Shown in pieces: positions 56,184-64,000 of a stretch of DNA of 64,000 nt (the first letter of the stretch is position 1; every line of letters starts with the position of its first letter). Under the pieces are notes generated by a model. It searched no databases. It was given only the letters and a program-made list of their open reading frames with translations, and was not told the DNA's origin. Made by a program: the position numbers and the translations under genes. The stretch is from the NCBI GenBank assembly GCA_027320085.1, contig DAHVLZ010000010.1:1-64000 (forward strand), written 5' to 3'. This DNA comes from Pseudomonadota bacterium (GTDB lineage Bacteria; Pseudomonadota; Gammaproteobacteria; JAKAQQ01).

Positions 56184-56564
56184 TCAAGGCGAGATGGATG
56201 CGGCCATTTCGCCCAGGATCGGACCGATGACCGCGGCAAACTCAATCTTGTTGACGAAACCATCGACCCCGATTTCCTGTGCCCGCTCGCGGTACTCGGG
56301 ATCGTCGTACAGCGTGATCAGAACCACCTTCGGGGAATCCGCCTTCTGCTTGAGTGCCTCAGCCGCACCCAGCCCGCCGATACCCGGCATGGCCACATCG
56401 AGTAGCACGACATCAGGCCGCAGGGATTCGCACAGGCTCAAGGCCTCCTCACCGGATCGGGCCAGTCCCACGACCTGGACCCCCGGCTGGGCGGCAAGAA
56501 GGCTCGCCACCGATTCGACGAAGAGCGGGTGGTCATCCGCAACCAGGACTTTAAGTCGACTCAT
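56184..56564 (-). CDS. single-domain response regulator (NarL-type receiver)
   Basis: VADDH, VLLDVAMP, FVNK. Confidence 0.9.
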   Translation of the reverse strand: MSRLKVLVADDHPLFVESVASLLAAQPGVQVVGLARSGEEALSLCESLRPDVVLLDVAMPGIGGLGAAEALKQKADSPKVVLITLYDDPEYRERAQEIGVDGFVNKIEFAAVIGPILGEMAASISP

Positions 56565-56629
56565 CCAAGCCTGCTCCTTCTTCCAGCCTGTTGATCGTAT
56601 ACGATTTTCACGGATTAGTCAGCCTCGCG

Positions 56630-58033
56630 TCAGGCTTGAGTCTGGCCATCGGCCACGACTTGAGCGCTAACTCCAGAGATTTCCTTTGGATTTTCGATCT
56701 GGGAAGATTTTTCAGACCCCACGGGTCCTCCCGAATCCTCACCGGAGGCCTGGGTGAGCGCAAAGACCATGGCAATGGTCGTCCCCCGTCCGGGGGCACT
56801 CACCAGGTCGAAATGCCCTCCCGCGAGCTGAACCCGCTCCTCCATGCCCAAAAGCCCGAGACTCGAGCCTCCCTGGACCTTGCGGCGCATTGTCTCCACA
56901 TCAAAGCCGCGACCATCGTCCCGGATCGTGACGCGGAGTTCGTCTCCCTCGACCCGGAATGCGAGTTCGACCTTGATGGCCCCGGCATGACGGGCGATGT
57001 TGTTGAGCGCTTCCTGGACCACGCGGTAACAGGTAATTTCGACAAGCGGGGGGAAACGCGGATCGGCGGGGGGCAGATCGAGTGTCAGCTTGATGCCCGA
57101 CAACGTGGCCATCCGGCTGCCCAGACCGCGGATGGCGGCCACGAGGCCCAGATCATCGAGCAGTGAGGGATGCAGGTTGAGCGACAGGCTGCGGACCTGG
57201 GTGAGCACCCGGTCCAGATTGGCCACGAGTTCCTCGTAGAGCTTTTCACGCCGGCTCAGCTGGAACAGATCGGACATGGCATGGAGTCCGAGCTTGGTCG
57301 CCGTGAGTGTCTGGCCCACCTCGTCGTGGAGCTCGCGGGCCAGGTGACGGCGCTCGTTTTCCTGGGTCTCCAGGAGTTTGCGCGACAGAAGCCTGAGGCG
57401 TTCGGCGTATTCGATCACGGCTTTCTGCACGGTCCGGAGCGCCGTCACATCCCGGGCGATGCCCACGCTGTAATCACGTCCTTCCCATTGGATGAGGTAA
57501 CGGTAACCCTGGACCCAGCGCCACCCGCCATCGGCCATGGCCACACGAAACTCGCTCAAGGGGTAACGGTGCCAGTCCCCGATCCGCTCGAGGTCGACCG
57601 GGTGGATGAGGGATCCCGGATGGCGGTTGCGCAGGGCCTCGGGTTCGAAGCCAAGCAGCGTCTGGTGCGAAGGACTCAGGTACTCCATCTGGCCATCGAG
57701 ACTCGCCATGCTGATCAGGTCCACGGAGTTCTCGGCGATCAGCCGGAACTTGAGAGCCTGCTCCTGCTGGACGCGGCGGATCCGTTCCCGCCGCCGAAGG
57801 TCGCCCTGGAAGCGCTTTTCCTCCTGTACGACGATCAGGGTCGAGAGCAGGATGAAAAGGGCCATGAAGCCGGCCAGGGTTTCGACCGCCGGATCGTAGG
57901 CGTGGGGGCCGAACAGGGTATGGACGATGATCCCGGCCAGAACCAGCCAGACGAGCCCAAGACCCAGATAGCCCAGGGCAATCCGCCAGACCGCCTTTGA
58001 CCCGATACGGGGTTCGCGGGGATTGGTCTTCAT
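56630..58033 (-). CDS. PAS sensor histidine kinase (HisKA_3)
   Basis: Two TM helices, PAS, ARELHDEVGQ, QEALNN, DDGRGF, GLLGMEER. Confidence 0.92.
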   Translation of the reverse strand: MKTNPREPRIGSKAVWRIALGYLGLGLVWLVLAGIIVHTLFGPHAYDPAVETLAGFMALFILLSTLIVVQEEKRFQGDLRRRERIRRVQQEQALKFRLIAENSVDLISMASLDGQMEYLSPSHQTLLGFEPEALRNRHPGSLIHPVDLERIGDWHRYPLSEFRVAMADGGWRWVQGYRYLIQWEGRDYSVGIARDVTALRTVQKAVIEYAERLRLLSRKLLETQENERRHLARELHDEVGQTLTATKLGLHAMSDLFQLSRREKLYEELVANLDRVLTQVRSLSLNLHPSLLDDLGLVAAIRGLGSRMATLSGIKLTLDLPPADPRFPPLVEITCYRVVQEALNNIARHAGAIKVELAFRVEGDELRVTIRDDGRGFDVETMRRKVQGGSSLGLLGMEERVQLAGGHFDLVSAPGRGTTIAMVFALTQASGEDSGGPVGSEKSSQIENPKEISGVSAQVVADGQTQA

Positions 58034-58563
58034 CGACCCGTCCCTCCTTCCGTCTCCAGCATACTCCCACCGCCCCGCCGGATGGAAAAGAATTCCTGGA
58101 GAAGCCGGCGGGAGGGTTCGGCGCGGATCCCGCCCGTGACCGTGAGATGATGGTTGAAGACCCAGCCGAGCTGCCCGGAGGAAAGCCGTTCGACGGCGCC
58201 GAAGCGGGGATCGGATGCGCCGTAGACGAGACGCCCGATGCGGGCCAGCATGAGCGCACCCAGACACATGACGCAGGGCTCGAGGGTGACGTAGAGCGTG
58301 GTTCCACCAAGCCGGTAGTTGCCGATCCGGCGCGCCGCCTCCCGGAGCACGCCGATCTCGGCATGCGCGGTGGGATCCGCCTGGCTGATCGGGGCGTTGC
58401 CGGCCGCAGCAAGGCACTCCCCTTCGCGGACGAGGACGGCGCCGACCGGTACCTCGCCCGCCTGGCGCGCGCGTTCTGCCCACTCGAGGGCCCTATCCAT
58501 CCACGCCTCATCCTGGATCGGATCCACCGCCTTGACCTGTTCAATGGTCAACGCGGTCTCCAC
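58030..58563 (-). CDS. tadA: tRNA adenosine(34) deaminase
   Basis: GEVPVGAV, DPTAHAE, NYRL, LEPCVMC, FNH. Confidence 0.95.
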   Translation of the reverse strand: METALTIEQVKAVDPIQDEAWMDRALEWAERARQAGEVPVGAVLVREGECLAAAGNAPISQADPTAHAEIGVLREAARRIGNYRLGGTTLYVTLEPCVMCLGALMLARIGRLVYGASDPRFGAVERLSSGQLGWVFNHHLTVTGGIRAEPSRRLLQEFFSIRRGGGSMLETEGGTGR

Positions 58564-58974
58564 GGACTGACGAGAGGACTCGTCTTGAGACTGTACCGGA
58601 AACCATCAAAGACCTCATGCCCCGTGATGCGATGCACGCGGGAAACCCCTGACCAGACCGGTCCATCCGACCAGGATCAAGACCGTAGCGAAACAGTGTT
58701 CTCACGATGCTGACCGGAATCATACGCCCAACGCTCTGGTCGAGTGAGCCCCCCCTTTGGTTGAGGACAGCCTGAGGTGCGTGGCGAGTGGGCACCGGGT
58801 GATGATCATCACAGGTTGGGCCCGGGGTGTTGGAAGCATTCGGCGGAAACCGCAGGGACAGCGACGCGCCGCTGGGCATTGGCTGTCCGAAAGCGGGCGA
58901 GCGCACCACTCGGCATCACACGCCCCGCGCAAGACTCCGGAGGCGCGCAATGACGGACCGGCTGACGGAGACAT

Positions 58975-59200
58975 GTAAGCATCCTCCCGTAGCGGCAACG
59001 AAAGGGAGACAGGGATGGCTTTTTCCCAGCCGAGCCAACTCTCGTCATATCGAAAGCGAATCGTGCCGCCCGGCTCCTTAAGCAGCTGGCCAACCAGGCG
59101 ATTGTTGAGAGAGACATGCAGGGGCACATGCTTCCGACGGCGCGGCATCAGAAAAAATCCTCGAGGGTGGCCGCTTGGTCCTTGGGTCGGGGGGTCAAGC
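58975..59200 (-). pseudogene. hipBA relic (HipB C-terminus plus HipA N-terminal 58 aa)
   Basis: KDQAATLEDFF* overlapping MPRRRKHVPL.V.LNNRLVG..FRYDESWL..SLSLPLREDAY; homology then lost. Confidence 0.75.
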
Positions 59201-59452
59201 GCAGAACCCCCACCACTCAACACGACCCGCCGTGCGCTTGGTTTCGGGTGGGCAACCGTTTACCGGCATTGATCAGGGCTTCCCGGATCAAGAAATCGGG
59301 GGCTGCCGCTCCCCTGACTATCGCCAGCATCTGCACGATGAGCAGCACGAAGTAAATGAAACGATCGTTCAGGATCATATGCTCGCAAGCTTGAGCAAAA
59401 CCACATCAAATGGAATAATGGGTGGCGACCCGTAAACTGGGGAATTTGATTC

Positions 59453-59830
59453 ATGGGCGAAGCACTTGTTCAGACGCTTTCCATGCTTGAGACCGAACTC
59501 CAGAAACCCCGGATCCGCAGTGAGAATGATCCTGCAGCCGCGCTTCTCCACCCTGATTTCGAAGAGGTCGGGCGATCCGGGCGACGCTACACCCGCGAGG
59601 CTGTCGTTTCCGCCCTGTCGGGCAAACGCCACTCCGATGCGGTAATCGCAGACTCGTATGCCGCAACTGAGTTAGGCCCGGGCGTTGCACTCCTGACCTA
59701 CCATTCGGCACACAAGGGGAAAAACGGGGCTCTCACGCGGCACACGCTGCGTTCCTCGATCTGGATCCTGATCGGTGACAACTGGCAACTGCGCTATCAC
59801 CAGGGGACAGCTGCTGCTGAACACGGGTAA
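59453..59830 (+). CDS. DUF4440 / NTF2-like protein
   Basis: LLHPDFEEVGRSG, LRSSIW, WQLRYHQGT. Confidence 0.85.
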   Translation: MGEALVQTLSMLETELQKPRIRSENDPAAALLHPDFEEVGRSGRRYTREAVVSALSGKRHSDAVIADSYAATELGPGVALLTYHSAHKGKNGALTRHTLRSSIWILIGDNWQLRYHQGTAAAEHG

Positions 59831-59893
59831 TGGATCAGCGTGTGCTACGCTGGCCTCGTCTCCATGCTGCCTGCCCAGGTGACGCTTTCAATC

Positions 59894-60370
59894 ATGAACA
59901 CAAACGCTTTCGCGCCCACCACCCGCGCACACACCTCGGAAACCTTTCAGTTCCACGTTCCCGCGCCAATGGCCGTCGCCTTTCCACTGTTCGGTGCTCA
60001 CTGCGAACGGCAGTGGGCACCGGACTGGGAACCCGAGTTCATCTGGCCGTCACAGCCAACTGACCGCAGTGGCATGGTGTTCACTGTCGCGCACGGTGCG
60101 CGACAGGCGATCTGGGTGAACACCGACTTCGATCCCGTTGCCGGCCATGTTCGGTACATCTCTGTGCTGCCAGAGGTCATGACGACAGTCATCACGCTGC
60201 AACTGCGCGAACATGAGGCGGGGACCCACGTAGAGGTACGCTATGAGCGCACGTCTTTGAACGCGGCCGCCGACGAACGAGTCCGGGAGTTGGCGCGGGA
60301 AGACGCACAGGCCGGCCCGGAATGGGCCAGCCAGATCGCAAAGCACCTGGCCGATCGACCCGTCCGCTGA
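59894..60370 (+). CDS. hypothetical SRPBCC-like protein
   Basis: FPLFG..ERQWAPDWEP, V.YERT.L. Confidence 0.7.
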   Translation: MNTNAFAPTTRAHTSETFQFHVPAPMAVAFPLFGAHCERQWAPDWEPEFIWPSQPTDRSGMVFTVAHGARQAIWVNTDFDPVAGHVRYISVLPEVMTTVITLQLREHEAGTHVEVRYERTSLNAAADERVRELAREDAQAGPEWASQIAKHLADRPVR

Positions 60371-60860
60371 GCCCCACGCCTCGAGCGGGCGGCCACGGGG
60401 CCTCTGGTGTCAGCCGAACAGTTCGCTGTGCGAGCCTATCCGGGCCCGCCGCTGGGTGTTGGAATCGGATTTTCGGTAGATCACGAGCAGGCCGGTCGTT
60501 ACATGATGACTAGCCCGCCCAGTCGCCCGAAAGGTCACAATCGCGGTAGCGCGTATTGAGGCACTGATATAAAGATACGCACTCTGGGGTGGCCGGCCCA
60601 GTCCATTGCCTCAGGAAACGGCGCATAACGGGCTCATCTGTCTCCAGTGCCTGTGGGCCCCGCCATGGCCAAACGTCGGATCATCCCCGATTGTCAACGA
60701 TGAATATATCTATTTGAAATAGAGATGGTTTTTCAGATCCCGACGCAGCGATACCATGCTCAATACCATGAGCCCAGGACCACTTGGACTGCTCGTCAGA
60801 GATGGATGACTCTCGCTCGCCACGGGAGTTTGCATTCGCCCTGCAATGGAGATACACTGA

Positions 60861-60886
60861 AACTTGTACTATTAAATGTACAAGTT
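60861..60886 (+). promoter_or_regulatory. yefM-yoeB operator palindrome
   Basis: AACTTGTAC-N8-GTACAAGTT with a TGTAC core like known YefM operators. Confidence 0.7.
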
Positions 60887-60939
60887 CAGCCGTTCACTGA
60901 CTGCTGACTACCAGGCGAATTGAATGAACGGAGTAAAAA

Positions 60940-61239
60940 ATGAGAATCGTCAACTTTTCTGAAGCTCGCAACAGCTTACGGGCTGTTATCGACCAAGTGG
61001 TTGAGGATGCTGACGTAACAGTCATCTCGCGCAGAGACGCACCTGACGCCGTGGTCATGTCCCTCAATCATTACAACAGCCTGATGGAAACCGTGCATTT
61101 GTTGAGTTCACCTGCAAATGCGGCGCATCTTGCCAAATCCATTTCGCAGGCTCGTGCAGGTCAAGCGAAGCATCGGGAATTAGTCAACATTTCCGGCGCC
61201 GAGGACCCGCAAAATGCGCAACCTGAAGTTCACGGATGA
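60940..61239 (+). CDS. yefM: Phd/YefM antitoxin
   Basis: NFSEARNSL, YNSLMETVHLLSSPANA. Confidence 0.92.
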   Translation: MRIVNFSEARNSLRAVIDQVVEDADVTVISRRDAPDAVVMSLNHYNSLMETVHLLSSPANAAHLAKSISQARAGQAKHRELVNISGAEDPQNAQPEVHG

Positions 61240-61471
61240 GGCTTGGGAAACCTACCTCTTCTGGCAAACACAGGATAGAAAGACGCTTAAACGCATCAAT
61301 GATCTGATCCAAGCCGCCCTAAGAGATCCTTTCGGCGGCATGGGGAAACCCGAAGCACTCAAACACAGCCTGAGCGGATGCTGGTCACGGCGAATAGATG
61401 AAACCAACCGGCTCGTCTACGAAGTCCAAAATGATGAGTTGGTCATCATTTCGTGCCGGTATCGCTATTGA
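61214..61471 (+). CDS. yoeB: Txe/YoeB toxin
   Basis: GKPEALKH.LSG.WSRRI...RLVY, CRYRY. Confidence 0.93.
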   Translation: MRNLKFTDEAWETYLFWQTQDRKTLKRINDLIQAALRDPFGGMGKPEALKHSLSGCWSRRIDETNRLVYEVQNDELVIISCRYRY

Positions 61472-61546
61472 AATTAGAAGGGTAGAAGGGGAACTGGCCG
61501 CTCCCCCTTTTCCCCCGCACGGAATGCTTCAAGCAACTTTAAATTC

Positions 61547-61561
61547 TCACTCCCACTCGAT
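61547..61561 (-). other. att site: duplicated guaA 3' end
   Basis: ATCGAGTGGGAGTGA = IEWE-stop, the GuaA C-terminus, in non-coding context. Confidence 0.72.
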
Positions 61562-61563
61562 CA

Positions 61564-62346
61564 TCAACGGCGACGATATGCCACTGAATCGCAAGGAAAA
61601 TCTCTAGCCCCTGGCGGGTTTACCCTGAACCTCCCCACGGCTAACGCCCATTGATCCGGCCAGGGCTCGAGATCGTCATCGAGAAATACACTGTTGCCTT
61701 GGTCACGCGGCACTTTTTGCAGCGGCAAGGCGATGAGGTTTCCGAACCCGCCTTGCGGCAGGAAGTCCTGGTTCGGGAAGAGGCGGTCGTAGGAATCCAG
61801 TCCGACGTCCGGCCTGCGTTCCATGGTCTCTGTCAGCAGAGAGGAACCGAGCCGTCTGGCCATTGCCGCTGGTCTCGCCCCCTCGAAAAACAGCCAGACA
61901 TGTCCGCCCCGCCCGGAGCGCGACCGCTCGAACGCAGCCGGCAGGTGCATGCGGCAGCAGGTTTCGAGAAAGGCTTTCGCGTCTTCGCTCCACTCGACCT
62001 TGTCAAAGTCGACCGCCCGAAAGGCGCAGGTTTCGTCCTGGAACAGCGGGTAGCCCCCGGCGACGAAGGGTTCGCCATCAGGGTCGCAACCGGACAGGTG
62101 CCAACGGATGACGTCGTCGGTCAGCGGAAGAAATCGGCGGTGGGGACAGTCCGCGCATTTGACACGCGGCTTTTCGCAGACCCCGCGTACCCATTCGTTG
62201 GCACAAACGGGGGCGTAGCCCGACTTGCCGGTCCTCCTGCTTTCAAATCGCCTCGCGTACACGTCGGCGCGGACGCGGAACAACGGACGAAAGAGCGCGA
62301 TCTTGGCCGCCGGCAATGAAGTTCGGTCGACCATGCTGGACTTCAT
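61564..62346 (-). pseudogene. TOTE conflict-system AEP primase domain, truncated before the helicase
   Basis: KSGYAPVCANEW, AVDFD, ERSRSG.G.HVW, DRLFPNQD, GNLIALPLQ; homology ends near 61640. Confidence 0.8.
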
Positions 62347-62352
62347 TGTTCA

Positions 62353-63307
62353 CTAACTTCCCGGCACCGGCGGTTCGCCAGCGCCAGACGCCGGGGTGGC
62401 AAACCTCGCGGCCAGCGCATCGGTCTGCTCCGCGAACCTCTTCGCATCGGTCTTCTGCAACTGCGCCAGATTGTGCAACTTCCAGCGGATGCCCGGCAGT
62501 TGTTCAAGGTGCGCGATGTCCAGCAGCGACCAGTCCGGCGTGCCGGCTGCCAGCGACAGCAGGAAACGCCGCTCCTTGTCGTCCAGTCCCAGTTCGATTT
62601 CGCGCACCACTCGCTCTCGCGCTGCGAGCAGTGCATCGAGCGGCACCGGCTCGGCCGTCATGCCCTGGAAATTGTTCTCGTAGTCGTGCCGAATATCCCG
62701 CAGGGGCGGGAACAGCAACTCGTGGATTGGCCGGTTGCTGCAGGCCAAATAGACCACGAAAGCGCGGCGGATTCCGGGCGTGATGCCCTCGTTCGCAAAG
62801 AGCTGCATCACGTCGAACAAGTCGCGTGGGTGTTGCCGATCCAGCGCCGCCACCAGCTTGCCGCCGTACGCGTCTTCCAGTGACACGACCGGGATTTCCA
62901 TATCGGCCATCAACACATCGCGGGCGGCGGGCGTAAGCGAAGCGCGCCGCACCGGTTGCACCGTTCCGCGCATGACGAAGTTGACTCCGGTCTTGATCTG
63001 GATCGAGCCACGGCGCACCAGCAACTTCGTCTCCCCCTTCTGCCGCCGCCGGAACATGCGTCTGGAATCCTCGCTTCCGCAACCGGACAGCGGCTTGCCG
63101 GATGGCATCGCCGATGATTGCGAGAGCCTCGTTACGCGGCCGCCGGTGGTCGGAAAAGACCAGATCGAGATCGACCGACAGGCGCGGCATGTCGCGCACG
63201 AACAGATTGATCGCCGTACCACCCTTCAATGCGAAGGTGCCGTCCACGAACACCAGCGGCGCCACCTGCGTCAGCAGACGCGCGGTATCAAGATAAGTCT
63301 GGTTCAT
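62353..63307 (-). pseudogene. AbiEii nucleotidyltransferase toxin, frameshifted
   Basis: LKGGTAINLF..RLSVDLD in one frame, GGKLVAALDRQHPRDLFD in another; shift at the G5 run 63033-63037. Confidence 0.85.
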
Positions 63308-64000
63308 GGCTTGAGCACGAGCAGACCGTCGGCCGACCGGGACACCCAGGGTCGGTTGCTGCCCTTCGGCAGCGTGCCTGGATCGAGCTTGGCCGCCCAT
63401 GGCGACGAGGCCTCCCGGCCAAGTTGCAGGCACAGCCGCACGGTCTTGACGCTTGAGCAGTGCTGCAACAGCTCGCGCAGCACATCGGCGCGGAGGTTGT
63501 AGGTGCTTTCGATGATTTCGCGAGCTTCCTGCAAGGGCTGGCGCACGCCGACTTCGCTCAACAGTTCCAGCAATGCACGCTCCGGCGCCGACACCTGCGG
63601 CGCCCCGCTGCGCTTCTCGAAAGGGCCGACGTGCAGCAGGGCGTCCGGCTGCTCGTCAAACAGGCGCTTGCGGTGGTATTCGGCCGGAAAGCGTTGGGTG
63701 AACCATTCCGGCAGGCGGGCCGCCTTCCAGCCGTACAGTTGCAGCACGGGATGCTGCGACACGTACTGGCGCACGCCGTACCAGTCGAGGGCCGACTTGC
63801 CGCCGACGTGCATCCCTTGGATTCCGCGCTGCAACTGCAGCAGGCTGGGATGCAGGGCCGGGGCGTCATTCGGGCGGCCATACACCCCCCGGGACAGGCG
63901 CATGAGCCAACCCGCCCGGACGTAGTGGACGGCCAAGTCTGCGGAGATGCCGAGCGCCGCCAGGTCCTCTGAGGTCAGCGGTGTTCCCGGCGCCAGCCGA
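63304..64000 (-). CDS. AbiEi antitoxin (5' end outside the window)
   Basis: GWL.RL.RGVY, HVGGKSAL, SAPERALLE, SVKTVRL. Confidence 0.88.
   Translation of the reverse strand, partial: RLAPGTPLTSEDLAALGISADLAVHYVRAGWLMRLSRGVYGRPNDAPALHPSLLQLQRGIQGMHVGGKSALDWYGVRQYVSQHPVLQLYGWKAARLPEWFTQRFPAEYHRKRLFDEQPDALLHVGPFEKRSGAPQVSAPERALLELLSEVGVRQPLQEAREIIESTYNLRADVLRELLQHCSSVKTVRLCLQLGREASSPWAAKLDPGTLPKGSNRPWVSRSADGLLVLKP

Noticed and set aside
59453-61471. Integron cassette array
   Set aside because: Cassette-like small genes, but no convincing paired attC ends and no integrase seen

Overview
High-GC gammaproteobacterial-type chromosome window. The left two-thirds is mostly host genes: tRNA-Ser, csrA, lysC, alaS, recX and recA (a normally compact cluster, here split by ~16 kb and ~6 kb of inserted genes), secreted hydrolases, rfbBC, ovothiol synthase ovoA, an ECF sigma/anti-sigma/DUF4097 operon, galE and a complete hydroxyproline-type catabolic operon. 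From ~43.6 kb to the end is an accessory region dense in toxin-antitoxin and defence genes (two Fic, MNT-HEPN, RhuM-Doc, HipBA relic, YefM-YoeB, AbiE, TOTE primase) and IS relics of several families. Most notable: (1) a TrwB coupling protein plus MOBF relaxase pair with intact ORFs, a degenerate helicase domain and no T4SS in the window, downstream of tadA and a two-component system; (2) a solitary type I-G-like CRISPR repeat exactly where a RhuM-Doc gene is truncated, 10 bp after a non-canonical Fic gene; (3) a duplicated guaA 3' end marking an island att site; (4) a 33-bp repeat upstream of both fic genes; (5) a proline-racemase-family enzyme with unusual active-site neighbours. All calls come from motif recognition by eye; no database searches were run.
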